Program-made: the position numbers and the translations under genes | In this document: positions 26,316 to 37,100 of the stretch, one piece after another | Layout of the letters: each line of letters starts with the position of its first letter | Numbering within the stretch: the first letter of the stretch is position 1 | Notes under the pieces: model-generated | Seen by the model: the letters and a program-made list of their open reading frames with translations, nothing else | Databases searched by the model: none | Told to the model about the DNA's origin: nothing | Assembly: GCA_963668675.2 (NCBI GenBank) | Contig: CAXXMB010000001.1 | Span: 928,001-992,000, forward strand | Length of the DNA: 64,000 nt | Reading direction: 5' to 3' | Source of the DNA: an uncultured Desulfatitalea sp. | GTDB lineage: Bacteria > Desulfobacterota > Desulfobacteria > Desulfobacterales > Desulfosarcinaceae

Positions 26316-28613
26316 CTACCGGCCGAAGGCGCCTGCCGCGCGATCCTGCCATCGGGTCCTTTCAGCGTCCACTTGGGATAGCGTCGACGCTGTCAACAAG
26401 GAACGCGCGTACGCTTGTGCTTCTGAGATCGAGATGGATGCGATCGTCTTTTGAACAGTGGGAATAAATTGTGGCGCCACACTTAGTCGACGCACTCCAA
26501 TTCCGACCAGAAAGGGTATAAATTCGGTATCATATGCAACTTCGCCACACACGAAAACCGGTTTTTGGCGAGCAGAGACCCGCTCGACGATATGTGCCAG
26601 GGCCCTTAAAATGGAGGGGTGGAAGGGCCGATAATAGTCGGCCACATTTTCGTTGGTGCGATCGACAGCCAGCATATACTGGATAAAATCGTTGGTTCCG
26701 ATGGAGAAAAAATCGGCCTTTTCGGCCAGTTCATCAATCACGGTCAGAACCGATGGCATCTCGATCATTGCGCCGATCATCGGATGGGAATGGTGGTCCG
26801 TCCCTTCTGCCGAAAGCGCGTCAATCGACTGTTGAAGCGCGTGGCTGGCAGCCTCGAATTCGTCCAGGGAGGAGATCATCGGAAACATGATCCCCAAGTG
26901 CGTCGCGTCGGCACCGGCGCGCAGAATGGCCCTTAACTGCTGATCGAAAACATCCCGGTGCTTGAGCAAAAATCGGATCGAACGCAATCCGAGTTCCGGG
27001 TTGGCCTCCTGGGGAAGATTCAAATAGGGCAACACCTTATCACCGCCGACATCCAGCGCCCGGATATGAATGGGCAGGTCGGCCATCTCCTCGAAAAGGC
27101 GCGTGTAGACCTGATACTGCTCCTCTTCCGAGGGCAGCACCGAACGGATAATGAAAGGAAACTCGGATCGATAAAGCCCTATCCCTTCAGCCTTGAGCTC
27201 CCGGGCTGTGCCCAACTCACTGAGCAGGTTGATGTTGGCCAACAGATGAATACGAGTGCCATCTGCGCTGTAAGTCTCAGGCGTCACCGATTGGATGTCC
27301 CCGGCAACCTTTCTGCGCGTCTGATTGCGCTCCTCAAATGTCCGGCGCACCTCTCGGGATGGATTGATATAAATATTGCCCACATCGGCATCCATCAGGA
27401 TACGGGTTCCTTCCGGCAGCTGAAGCAACTCCGTTTCAGAGGTGATAATCATCGGAATCATCAGCGACCTGGCAATAATGGCGACGTGCGAGGTGACGCC
27501 CCCACCGACGAGAATGATGCCGGCTACCGATTCCGAGGCCAATTTAAGCACATCCGAAGGGAAAAGCTGGGATGAGATCACGATGTGGGCATCGATGGGA
27601 CTGTTGTTGTTGGCTCTCTCCTTCTGCAGGTTGTAAAGCATCCTCCGCGCCAGATCGAGAATGTCCTGCGCTTTTTCACGTATGTAGGGGCTCGCACTCT
27701 TTTCAAAGGTCTCGATGAAGTGTCGGGCCACGTGGCGCACTGCATCTGCAGCCGTTCCCCCCTGATGGATAAACGAGGCGATCTGATCTTCAAAACGAGG
27801 GTCTTTCAAGATCATATAATGAGCCTCGAAGATGAGGGCGGCACTCTCCGGCAGTTGCATCACCAGCCGATCCTGTAACCGTTTGAGTTGCTGCAAGGTC
27901 TCCTGCTTGGCCATTCGATAGGCCTTTAAAGAGTCGTGGAAAGCCTTCTCGGGCATATCCAGCAGCAGTGGATCAACGGGTTTAAGCAGGGCCGCCGGTG
28001 CAAGGGCATACCCGTCCGCCGTCGATTCACCCCTGACAAGTCGAAGTGTATTCAGAAGTTGATCGCTGCTTTTCGATGCTGCCAGGGGGCGCTTCACTTC
28101 GATCATCTGACGGGCATTGGCAATGGTGCCGGCCAACTGGGCTGCAAGGGCACGCAACGCCATCACGTCTGCCGGTTTGAAATAGTTGGCTTGGCGGTGC
28201 TGCACCACCAGTACGCCGATCCTTTCCGAGCCGCGATGGATCGGCACGGAGAGAAATGAATTGAAAGGATCCTCCTTGGTCTCTATGAAGTATTTAAACC
28301 GGGGATTGTGGCACGCCTCCCCTTCGCAAATGGGTACCATCTGCTCCAGGGTCGTTCCGACCAGCCCCTCCCCTATCTTCATTCGCACCCGATCGACGGA
28401 TAGCGGGTCGAGCCCCACAGTGGCCTTGAGAGTCAAATCGTTTTGGGCCGTGTCGTAAAGGTAGATGGAGCCCACTTCCGCATGGAGATGGGAAGCGACC
28501 AGTTGCACGGTTTTCTGCAGGAAGGTGTTGATATCCTCGCTTTCGGTCATCAGATTGGACAATTCGCCTATATCGCACAAGAGGGAGAGATGCTGCTGTC
28601 TGGTTTCGGTCAT
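26316..28613 (-). CDS. ptsP: GAF-containing phosphoenolpyruvate-protein phosphotransferase (EI-Ntr)
   Basis: N-terminal GAF; GGVTSHVAI phospho-His, GIGLYRSEF, DVGGDK, NPELGLR, SIGTNDF, CGE. Confidence 0.93.
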   Translation of the reverse strand: MTETRQQHLSLLCDIGELSNLMTESEDINTFLQKTVQLVASHLHAEVGSIYLYDTAQNDLTLKATVGLDPLSVDRVRMKIGEGLVGTTLEQMVPICEGEACHNPRFKYFIETKEDPFNSFLSVPIHRGSERIGVLVVQHRQANYFKPADVMALRALAAQLAGTIANARQMIEVKRPLAASKSSDQLLNTLRLVRGESTADGYALAPAALLKPVDPLLLDMPEKAFHDSLKAYRMAKQETLQQLKRLQDRLVMQLPESAALIFEAHYMILKDPRFEDQIASFIHQGGTAADAVRHVARHFIETFEKSASPYIREKAQDILDLARRMLYNLQKERANNNSPIDAHIVISSQLFPSDVLKLASESVAGIILVGGGVTSHVAIIARSLMIPMIITSETELLQLPEGTRILMDADVGNIYINPSREVRRTFEERNQTRRKVAGDIQSVTPETYSADGTRIHLLANINLLSELGTARELKAEGIGLYRSEFPFIIRSVLPSEEEQYQVYTRLFEEMADLPIHIRALDVGGDKVLPYLNLPQEANPELGLRSIRFLLKHRDVFDQQLRAILRAGADATHLGIMFPMISSLDEFEAASHALQQSIDALSAEGTDHHSHPMIGAMIEMPSVLTVIDELAEKADFFSIGTNDFIQYMLAVDRTNENVADYYRPFHPSILRALAHIVERVSARQKPVFVCGEVAYDTEFIPFLVGIGVRRLSVAPQFIPTVQKTIASISISEAQAYARSLLTASTLSQVDAERTRWQDRAAGAFGR

Positions 28614-28715
28614 GTTCTCCGCTTTCGATTGTGATGGTTTCGGTTCGAATGGATCTCATCTGTTTGCCTTATTTGTCAATATGAGATGCAATCGAGATGA
28701 CTCAACCCCATCGAC

Positions 28716-28747
28716 AAAAAAAAGGGGCTCTTTGCAGAGCCCCTTTT
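28716..28747 (-). terminator. Intrinsic terminator (bidirectional form)
   Basis: A8-GGGGCTCT-TTGC-AGAGCCCC-T4, downstream of the GT41 gene. Confidence 0.85.
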
Positions 28748-28777
28748 AAAATGCGTGTTGAAAAGGTGAAGGTCTGA

Positions 28778-30769
28778 TTATTGGGGCGAAATCTTTTTCA
28801 AGTAATCCCCCCATATCCGGTCGTAGGCTGCCTCCAAATTTTTCACATAACGGTCGATGTCAAAAAGAGGATAGATCCCCTTGTTCGTTTCCAATCGGGT
28901 TTTCACCTTTCGGAGCTGGTCACTATCTGCAGCCAGAGCCACGGCAAAACGTTCGTAACTTTGCAAATCATGCGCAACCAGATCGTCCATGCCGATTGAT
29001 TTTAAAATGCTGCCGGCCACACGCGATGCAAAATGCTCCCCCATGCAGGTAATCACCGGGATTCCTGCCAAAAGGGCGTCCGTTGTCGTGGTGTGACCGT
29101 TCACAGGCAGGGTGTCGAGGGCCACGTCCGCCACCCTCATGCGTGCGATGTGTTTCGGCTTTGGCAGTGGCGATGCAAAAACAAGGCGTGTTGGGTCGAT
29201 TCCATACGCGGCAGCACTGCGGCATAGGTTCTCGCGCGCCTCATCGGACCTGACAATCAGCCACAATACACTACCGGGTACGGAACGCAGAATCCTCATC
29301 CAGCAGGCGAACATCTGCGCTTCGATCTTGTAGTCGGTATTGAACGAACAGAAGACCGTGGCCTGTTCAGGCAGGCCAAGCGACGCTCTTTGAATAATCA
29401 CCGGATCGACGGGGGTCTCCGGATCGTTCGGCTGATAGCAGTCCGGGAGCCAAATCACCTTTTCCGAGTAGTACCCCCGCATCTCCTCGGCAACGATAAC
29501 CCGGTCGGCCACCAGGTGGTCGATAAACGGGGCGCCGGTGGTTCCGGGATATCCCAGATAGCTGATCTGCACCGGAGCCGGACGCAGCGACGCTATGCCC
29601 ATTCGATGGCCGTGCATCCATCCCATCATGTCGACCAGGATATCGATGCCGTCTGAATGGATACGCCTGGCGGCCTCCAGGTCGCTAAGGGTTTGAATCT
29701 CGACGAAGTGGTCCACGCCGTTTTCGACTCTTTTTCGGTAGTAGCTGCCGTCATCCGGCCCCCATGAATAGGCGTATATTTCAAAGCGCTGCCGATCGTG
29801 TCTCCCGAAAATTCCGGAAGCCAGATGAGCCGTTGCGGCATTGCGAAACCGTTGCGAAAGATAGGCGACCTTGATGCGCTTTGGGCGCTGATGATGCTTG
29901 GTAAAGCCCCATTCCGGACGTCGATGGGCATACTCCCGTTGCAGCCAATGGCTCCAGGCACGGGCGATCAACAGATTCTTACGGGGGTCGGTGCTTCGGG
30001 TAAAGTTGAGAAATGGAGATTCCGATGGTCTCCGGCCGGACCTCAACTGCGCGTCGGTGAGACGATCCAAATGATCACCAGCGCTGGACAGCGACTTCCA
30101 GTCGCAGATTTGCTGAAGCAGCGAAACGAGAAGGGCAAGGGCTTCTCCGTTATCCGGTTGCACTGCAAGGCAACGCCTGGCATGTTCCACCGCCTCACCA
30201 GGACGGCCCATCCGATTCAGGGCAAGGCCCAGGTTATAGATCGCCTGGGCATAGTTGTTTTCGATAGCGATGGCGCGCTGAAAGCAGCCAATTGCATTTT
30301 CCAACTCGCCAATGCCCAACAACAGGGTTCCCATGTTGTTGTGGGCTTCGGGCATGCCTGGATCGATCTCCAACGCCCGTTGATAGTGACGGATTGCTTC
30401 TGAAGTCTGTCCTAACGATTTACAGGCGTTGGCCAGATTGTAATGGCCATCCAAGGAGACAGGGTCCAAGTCGATGACCCGACGATACCAGCCGATCGCC
30501 TCTGCATGCCGATGCATGGCGCAAAGAGCGTTGCCGCCATTCAACCATGCTTGCCCCATCCGGTCGTTCAGATCGATGGCACTTTGAAAGCTGGCAAGGG
30601 CTGAATCGAACCGTCCCAACTGAAACAGCGCGATTCCCAGATCGTGATGGGATTCGACGCCATCGGGGTTGAGGCCGATTGCCTCTCTGAACGCAAAAGC
30701 CGCTTCACCGAAATCGCCCTTACGAAAAGCCGCTCTCCCCTTTTCATATGCCTGTTGCCAACGCTCCAC
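28778..30769 (-). CDS. TPR + GT41 (OGT/SPINDLY-like) protein glycosyltransferase
   Basis: TPR array; DILVD..G, RPAPVQISYLGYPGTTG, YSEK, CSFN..YKI, LDTLPVNGHTT, FASRV. Confidence 0.9.
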   Translation of the reverse strand: MERWQQAYEKGRAAFRKGDFGEAAFAFREAIGLNPDGVESHHDLGIALFQLGRFDSALASFQSAIDLNDRMGQAWLNGGNALCAMHRHAEAIGWYRRVIDLDPVSLDGHYNLANACKSLGQTSEAIRHYQRALEIDPGMPEAHNNMGTLLLGIGELENAIGCFQRAIAIENNYAQAIYNLGLALNRMGRPGEAVEHARRCLAVQPDNGEALALLVSLLQQICDWKSLSSAGDHLDRLTDAQLRSGRRPSESPFLNFTRSTDPRKNLLIARAWSHWLQREYAHRRPEWGFTKHHQRPKRIKVAYLSQRFRNAATAHLASGIFGRHDRQRFEIYAYSWGPDDGSYYRKRVENGVDHFVEIQTLSDLEAARRIHSDGIDILVDMMGWMHGHRMGIASLRPAPVQISYLGYPGTTGAPFIDHLVADRVIVAEEMRGYYSEKVIWLPDCYQPNDPETPVDPVIIQRASLGLPEQATVFCSFNTDYKIEAQMFACWMRILRSVPGSVLWLIVRSDEARENLCRSAAAYGIDPTRLVFASPLPKPKHIARMRVADVALDTLPVNGHTTTTDALLAGIPVITCMGEHFASRVAGSILKSIGMDDLVAHDLQSYERFAVALAADSDQLRKVKTRLETNKGIYPLFDIDRYVKNLEAAYDRIWGDYLKKISPQ

Positions 30770-30853
30770 GATATGCCCTACCCTGAACTCTTCTGGTTTA
30801 ATTGATCTGGAATTTTTCCTATACCAAAAGACCCCATCCGGTCCCCCTGCTGC

Positions 30854-32431
30854 TCATCCGTGCGAAGCGGTTTTGCCCAACAGCATTTTTAGCGCATGTT
30901 CCATATGTTTTGCATCGCCCTCGCGGCGCCCCTCTTTTAACCGCTTGATAAGGTCCTTGATGCCAAAGAGAAGTGTTGCCCCAACGACCGATGCCTTCAT
31001 TTTTTTAAAAAGCAAGATGCCGCGTTCAAAATCTTCCATGCAAACGGCCGCCGCTGCGGTCATGAATTGTGCGGCAAGGTAGTCGGGATCTTTTTCGTGC
31101 AGTTCATGTAAAATCTCAAAGGCTTTCCGGGAACGTCCCAGCATCAGGTGACTGACTGCCAGGTTGTACTGCCCTTCTCTCGATCCGGGTTGCAGAACGA
31201 GCACTTTCTGCGCATAATCGTACGCCTCCTCGTAACGGGCCAACTGCCAACTGGCACCGGACATATTGATGAATGCCTCAATGAAGTCGGGCCGAATTTG
31301 GAGCAGGCGCTTCCACAGCACCAGCGACTCTGCCCACATCTCCAACTGTCCGGCCTGGACGGCCAATTCGCGAATGGCGGCAGCATCGTCGCCAAGTTGC
31401 TCCAGTTTTGCATATCCCATGCGGAAATAGTTATCGGCCTTTTTCCTGTTTTTCGTTTCGTTCAGATGGCCATAATGATGAATGGGGATGGTGCAATTCC
31501 CCACACTGTAACCGGCAGATTGCACCGATGGGTCGACCAGTTCATGGACCGGAAACTGAAAGCGAATCTCCGGCCGATTGGGAAAGAGGCGTATCTTACG
31601 GCTGGGGAACCAGCCGATGCCGGCTTCGTGAAGGGGATAGCGGCCGTCGTTGGCGTTCCATTTGACGCTGTTGGCACTGTGGGTGTAGTTGCGCGTCTCC
31701 AGGCGAAATGCCGTGGATGACCCTAAATGATCGGAAAGCATCTTTTTGAGGGCTGCATGATCCTGTTCAGCGATCATCTCATCGGCATCGAGGGCCAAAA
31801 TCCAATCGCCCCTCGCCGCTTCCAGGGCAGCATTGCGGGCAGCGGCAAAGTCGTCCCTCCACTCGATGTGATAGACCCGTGCGCCGAAAATACACGCAAT
31901 ATCTGCGGTACGATCTCTGGAGCCGGTATCGACCAGAACGATCTCCGCAGCGATCTTCTTGACCGAGTTGAGACAGGAGGCCAGAAGAGGCTGTTCGTCT
32001 TTTGCGATCATGCAGACCGACAAACGGCTCCCGGTGCTGGTTTCAGACGCAACGCCCAGAGGGCCGATCTTCTCCCGCACGTTCAATGCTGCATCGAGGA
32101 ACGCATCGTCAGGGGTCGAGAAGGCCACCATTGTTTCGATGGCGGCCATGGCGTCGTGATAAGCGTTGAGCTGCAGACAGAGCGAGATGTAGAGGCTTCT
32201 TGCCTGATGGTGGTTCTGATAGCGCTCGAGCAGTTTTTCGAAAACGGGCTTGGCCCTCTCCTTCTGTTGTGAAGCGACCACCGTATCGAAATAGTGGCGT
32301 ATGAGGTCATGGTTCTCTGGGGAAGTAAAAAGGGCGGCTTCCAGATCGTGCAGCCCGGCACCTCCGTCAACCGCCCTTTGTGATGAAGCGTCCGTCACGT
32401 TCTCTCTATCCAATGGCCTGCTGGTTTCCAA
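30854..32431 (-). CDS. GT2 + TPR glycosyltransferase (type often linked to flagellin glycosylation)
   Basis: LSVCMIAKDE, VDTGSRD, DFAAARN, LDADE, RLF, VHE, HHYG; C-terminal TPRs. Confidence 0.88.
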   Translation of the reverse strand: METSRPLDRENVTDASSQRAVDGGAGLHDLEAALFTSPENHDLIRHYFDTVVASQQKERAKPVFEKLLERYQNHHQARSLYISLCLQLNAYHDAMAAIETMVAFSTPDDAFLDAALNVREKIGPLGVASETSTGSRLSVCMIAKDEQPLLASCLNSVKKIAAEIVLVDTGSRDRTADIACIFGARVYHIEWRDDFAAARNAALEAARGDWILALDADEMIAEQDHAALKKMLSDHLGSSTAFRLETRNYTHSANSVKWNANDGRYPLHEAGIGWFPSRKIRLFPNRPEIRFQFPVHELVDPSVQSAGYSVGNCTIPIHHYGHLNETKNRKKADNYFRMGYAKLEQLGDDAAAIRELAVQAGQLEMWAESLVLWKRLLQIRPDFIEAFINMSGASWQLARYEEAYDYAQKVLVLQPGSREGQYNLAVSHLMLGRSRKAFEILHELHEKDPDYLAAQFMTAAAAVCMEDFERGILLFKKMKASVVGATLLFGIKDLIKRLKEGRREGDAKHMEHALKMLLGKTASHG

Positions 32432-33878
32432 CGTTTACCCTGGATGAAGCGGGCCCTTTCTGCAATCGTTCAATCGCTTGCCTGGCCTCGTGGTTCCACG
32501 GTTCGATGGCAATCACCTTACGGTAAAAATCGATCGCATCGACATTTTTCCCCATGATCGTACAGACCAGTGCGGTGGCCATCAGGCACTCGATATCTTC
32601 AGGTGTTTTCTCAAGGACTTTGACATAGAGCTTCATCGCCTCCTCGACACGTTCCTGCTCTATGAGATAGAAATCAGCTAGATTCTTTATGATGTTGGGC
32701 TGCTCGGGTGCCATCTCGTAGGCCTTTTCATAGCTGGCCAACGCTCTCTCCTTGTCTCCGGTTTCGTAGTACAGTACCCCCAGATCATTATATGCAACGG
32801 GATAATCGGTCGAGGTGCTCACTAGCAAGTTCAAATCATCGATGGCCCCATGCGAGTCGCCGTTGTTGGCTTTGGATTGGGCCTGCATATAGAGTTCATC
32901 GCCGCTCAGCCCAGGCGCGGCTATTCTATCGTTGGAATCCAACTGTTCCAACAGCATTCTGGCATCCTGGTTCCAGGGCTCGATGGTCAGCGCCAACTCG
33001 ATGAAATCACGGCTGTCCTCGACCTTTCCGATGGCCATACAGATCTGACCGCAACTGAGCAGGGTCTCCATATCCTGGGGATCACGCTTCAACACCTCGA
33101 CAAATATCTTCAAGGCGCCACCCGCGTCGTTTTTTTCATTCCAGAGCAGGTCGCCAAGATTCTTCAAAAAAACAATGTTCTCCGGCATCAACCGGACGGC
33201 AGTTTCATAGTGATGCAGCGCCGCTTCAACATCCCCACGATCGTAGCACTTAATGCCCAGATCGTTGTGGGCCTGGGCGTCATCGGGATCAATCTCTTCA
33301 GTGGGATGCCCTCCAACAGGATTTAACGGCGGCGCAAGCCCCTGAATCCCTGCCAAGGCAGGGGCCTCCACGCCCGGTGCGAAAGAATTCGGATGATGTT
33401 GTGCCTCTTCTTGGGACGATTTGGCTGCCATCTGATCGAGAAACTGTGTCGCATCGGGCTGCCCCGGCTCGATCTCCAACACGCTCCGGTAGCATTCGCG
33501 GGCCTCATCGAACCGCTGCAATACCACGCAGAGATGCCCAGCCGTCAACAGCGTGCTGATCTCCCTCGGAACCAAGGCCAGGACTTTGTGGTATTGCTCC
33601 AGGGCTTTTTCTGCATTCTCCTGCGAGACAAAATAGAAATCGCCTAAGCTTTTCAAGTAATCGGCATTGCCCTGATCCAGTTCTGCCGCCCTGAAAAAAT
33701 GCGCACCGGCTGTAGTGATATCTCCATTTCGATGCGCGAATACAGCCTTCTCATGGTGCGCCTGGGAATGGTTTGGATAATCGGCCAGCAACTTGTCGAG
33801 CATCCACTCGGCAGTCTCGATCTGCCCGTTGTCGATCAACCAGTGAACCCCCTGGTGGATTTTATCTTCGAATCGCAT
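32406..33878 (-). CDS. All-TPR protein with internally repeated modules
   Basis: Repeated AHNDLG/AYNDLG, KNLGD/KNLAD and IEPWN units. Confidence 0.85.
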   Translation of the reverse strand: MRFEDKIHQGVHWLIDNGQIETAEWMLDKLLADYPNHSQAHHEKAVFAHRNGDITTAGAHFFRAAELDQGNADYLKSLGDFYFVSQENAEKALEQYHKVLALVPREISTLLTAGHLCVVLQRFDEARECYRSVLEIEPGQPDATQFLDQMAAKSSQEEAQHHPNSFAPGVEAPALAGIQGLAPPLNPVGGHPTEEIDPDDAQAHNDLGIKCYDRGDVEAALHHYETAVRLMPENIVFLKNLGDLLWNEKNDAGGALKIFVEVLKRDPQDMETLLSCGQICMAIGKVEDSRDFIELALTIEPWNQDARMLLEQLDSNDRIAAPGLSGDELYMQAQSKANNGDSHGAIDDLNLLVSTSTDYPVAYNDLGVLYYETGDKERALASYEKAYEMAPEQPNIIKNLADFYLIEQERVEEAMKLYVKVLEKTPEDIECLMATALVCTIMGKNVDAIDFYRKVIAIEPWNHEARQAIERLQKGPASSRVNVGNQQAIG

Positions 33879-34009
33879 GGTTGGGCTCTCCTTTTCAAAA
33901 TCTCATAAAACCTTGCCAGACCCACGTGCCTGCCAGGCCGTTCCGCCGAGAGAAGATGGACCTCTCTCGTTCGATCCCGATCTATTCAGTTCGGACCTGT
34001 CCGGAGTTT

Positions 34010-34026
34010 TGCAAGCTTTGTACCGA
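34010..34026 (-). promoter_or_regulatory. Sigma-54 promoter for the TPR/GT2/GT41 operon
   Basis: Minus strand TCGGTACAAAGCTTGCA = GG-N10-GC. Confidence 0.62.
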
Positions 34027-34146
34027 TTTGGAAATTTGATTCGGCCATAGAACTTGCGGCCATTCGAGGAGGGATTTTCTATTTGATTTATTTATATATA
34101 TTTAATTATTTCATAGGGAGGCTGATGAGGAGGGCAATTCTAAAAG

Positions 34147-34170
34147 CGTCAAAAAACCGATATTTTGACG
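34147..34170. promoter_or_regulatory. Inverted repeat, putative enhancer site
   Basis: CGTCAAAA-N8-TTTTGACG, about 120-145 bp upstream of the 34010 promoter, with an AT-rich tract in between. Confidence 0.5.
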
Positions 34171-34176
34171 GCCATA

Positions 34177-37100
34177 TCACGATCTTTCGGCGATCCGTTT
34201 GGACACCTCACCGGCAGCGGCAGCGAGCCCTGCGTCCTGACCGAAACGGGCCGTCGCCTTATCGATCTCGACAGCCGCAATGGCGTACTGCTGTCGGTGG
34301 AGCAATATATCAATGAAGAGATATCTGAGCCGTTTGCTGTCGGGATGCTCGGCGCACAGTCTCTCCAACGCGGATTGCGCCTTTTCCAGCTCCCCGAGCG
34401 ATATGGCGGCCCGGTGGTACTGTTTGGCGGCATCCGATAAAAGCGGGTTGCAGACGAGCCCTTTTTTGAAGCAGTCGAACGCCTCATATGGTCTTTTTTC
34501 GGCCCACAGGATCAACCCAAGGTTGATATAGGGTTCACCAAAAGTCACCTCACCTTCAATGGCCTGTCGGAACAACGCCTGCGCACCCTGTTGATCCCCC
34601 GATGCAAAGGCGAGCTTGCCCTTCAGATTGAGCAGAAAGGGTTTCAAAGCGCCATCTTCTGGGATGAGCGATAGCGTCTCGCGGCACTGATTGGTCCGTC
34701 CCAGCGCCAGATGGCAATATGCCAGATAGGCACGCCTTTTCCCTTCACTCGGATTAACGCTATTCTGCACCAAGAGTTCGGCGGCCTCTTCAAATCGCTT
34801 CAGATCTATCAGGAACTCGACGAGTCCCCACCAAACCTGATCCTCTTGCGGAAATCGGGTAATCATCCGACGATAAAGCGCTTCCGCTTCGTCGAACCGC
34901 TCCTCCATCCAACGGGTTCGGGCAAGGGCCAATTCGTCCATTGCTTCATTCGGGAGTACCGAAGCGTTTTCAGCGACCTTCGGTTCAGGGGATTTCACAT
35001 CACGTCCGGCTTCAACAGAAGCCCTTCGAATGGGTTGCCCCTTGAGCGCGTTGATTCTCATCGAAACCTTTTCAAAGGCATGGCGCCAAGTCAATTGCGT
35101 CTCAATAAAGTGTCTGGCGTGGCGGCCTTTTTCAGCAGCCTCCGCTTGTTGGCTATAAACATGCTTCATCCAGCGGGTCAGATCGCCTCTGTCCGGTTCG
35201 GCATACCAAGGGTAGTCGACCGTCTCGTGTTCCCCCACCCTCTTGTCGTCATAGCGCTTCTCTTTCGCAGAGATGAGATAGGCGTTGGAAGGGTTGCAAA
35301 AATCCATGGCCGCACCATACCCGGTCACGATAACAGGCAGCCCGCAGGCCATCGCTTCGGCGATGGGCAGGCCGAATCCCTCGCCTCTATAGGGATGCAC
35401 AAGGCAGTCGCAGGCGGTATAGAGCCCCGGCATACGATCGTCCGAAATCATAGCTTCTATATATTCTATTTCTGGGCATTGCGGTTGACACTGCATTTCG
35501 GAGATCATCTTTTTTGCATTTTGTTCTTTGTATATGCCCTTTCCGCCCATGTCCTTGATCACCAGGCAAACATCGTCCAGAGCACTAAAAGAATTGAAGT
35601 ATGCATATAGTAAAACATCGATTCCCTTGCGATGAATGGTGCCTCCAACAAAAAGGAATTTGAATCGTTTTCTGGTTTTCAGTGGGTAGGCAGTGGCCTC
35701 TGGTTTAAACCGATCGGTGTCCACCCCATTGGGAATCACAACCACTTGCTCTGCAGGAATGCCGCTACGCGCATAACACTTTTTAACATATTCGCTAGGC
35801 ACCCAGATCTCATCGACCAGGTCACACATGGGTCTAATCCAAGATGCCGGCAAACTGCCATATTCCCAGGGCTGAATCATCACCCAGTGACCATGAGCTG
35901 GCGGATTGAAGTTTGGGGGCCACTGGTGTCGGACATTGATGCCAGCCGTTCCATTTAATAGGCTATTCAAGCGCGAAGTTAAAAGATGCAAACGTCTGTT
36001 ATTTTTATTTTGAATTGGAAGGGCTTCAGAAGAAGCCACAGTAAGTTCATAGCCCGCATCAATGAGTCGAAGGCATAACTCCCTGTTGATTAAAGCAAGA
36101 GAATTAAGTGCAAATTGATCTCCCTCCCATGAAATCATTTTGGAGTTCTTTTCTACTATTTCAATTCGGCCCTGCTTTTGCTTCTTTGCCCAGCCGTCTT
36201 CTATAGCGTCGATCATCTTCGGTATGGTTTCAGCTGGGCCGGGCATACGTTCGGACTTGGAAGCCATGCAACGACGCTCCTCCAATGACAACGCATATGC
36301 ATTGCGCAAGGCGCTTCGAACATCTTCGACGCAGAGCAATGGCATGGACCGCCCTTTGTGGTGCGGTTGATACATCAAGATATCATCGGTCATCGGAATG
36401 GCTTTTTCTGAACGAACTGCGATAGGCAGATATGAATCCAATGGCTTGATTTTAATGAGATTTTCAGGCATAATAACGACACGTTTTCTGACACGCGCCT
36501 CACCAACCGGAGCGGTCAAAGCCGTATCCGCGGTGACATAAGCATTGCAGCTGTCTATGAGATGCAAGATACCTTTCCGGGTACCGATCTCCTCATCGAC
36601 TATTATCTTATTTGCGGAACCTGTTTTGCAGCGCAATCTCTCAATCAGATCAAACAAGTCTTTTTTCGGTTTCCCAGGCACTGGATGCCATGAAGGATAG
36701 TTGACTTTAAGGTAAAGTTCGACGTTTTCATTTTCTTCAAATTCCTCCAGAAACGCCTCGATCATGGTATCTAATCGACGCCGTGGAAGAAACATCGTAA
36801 CATTTAAAAATCTGAAACTTTTATTCTCCAATGGCGGCTCATCAAATGCAGGTGGAAGCATGGGGTTGTCTACCCATGGGTGAGGCCAGTATATCGTGCG
36901 CACCTTCTCGGGCGGAAATCCTGCTTTTTTAAAGGCGTCTTCCTCTCCAACGGTATGCAACCAAATCTGGTCCATAGCGCTACAAATATTCAACTTTTCC
37001 GTGGGTTGAGAGCTCTCATCCGAATTGCAATCGAAAACAGTTGTCGACAATATGCGAAGATTCGGTTCGGGAAGCTTGATGTCCAACCAGTTCCAGCTGG

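Noticed and set aside
34043..34057. Plus-strand GG...TTGC sigma-54-like motif
   Set aside because: Spacing is 11 nt instead of 10, and no plus-strand gene follows.
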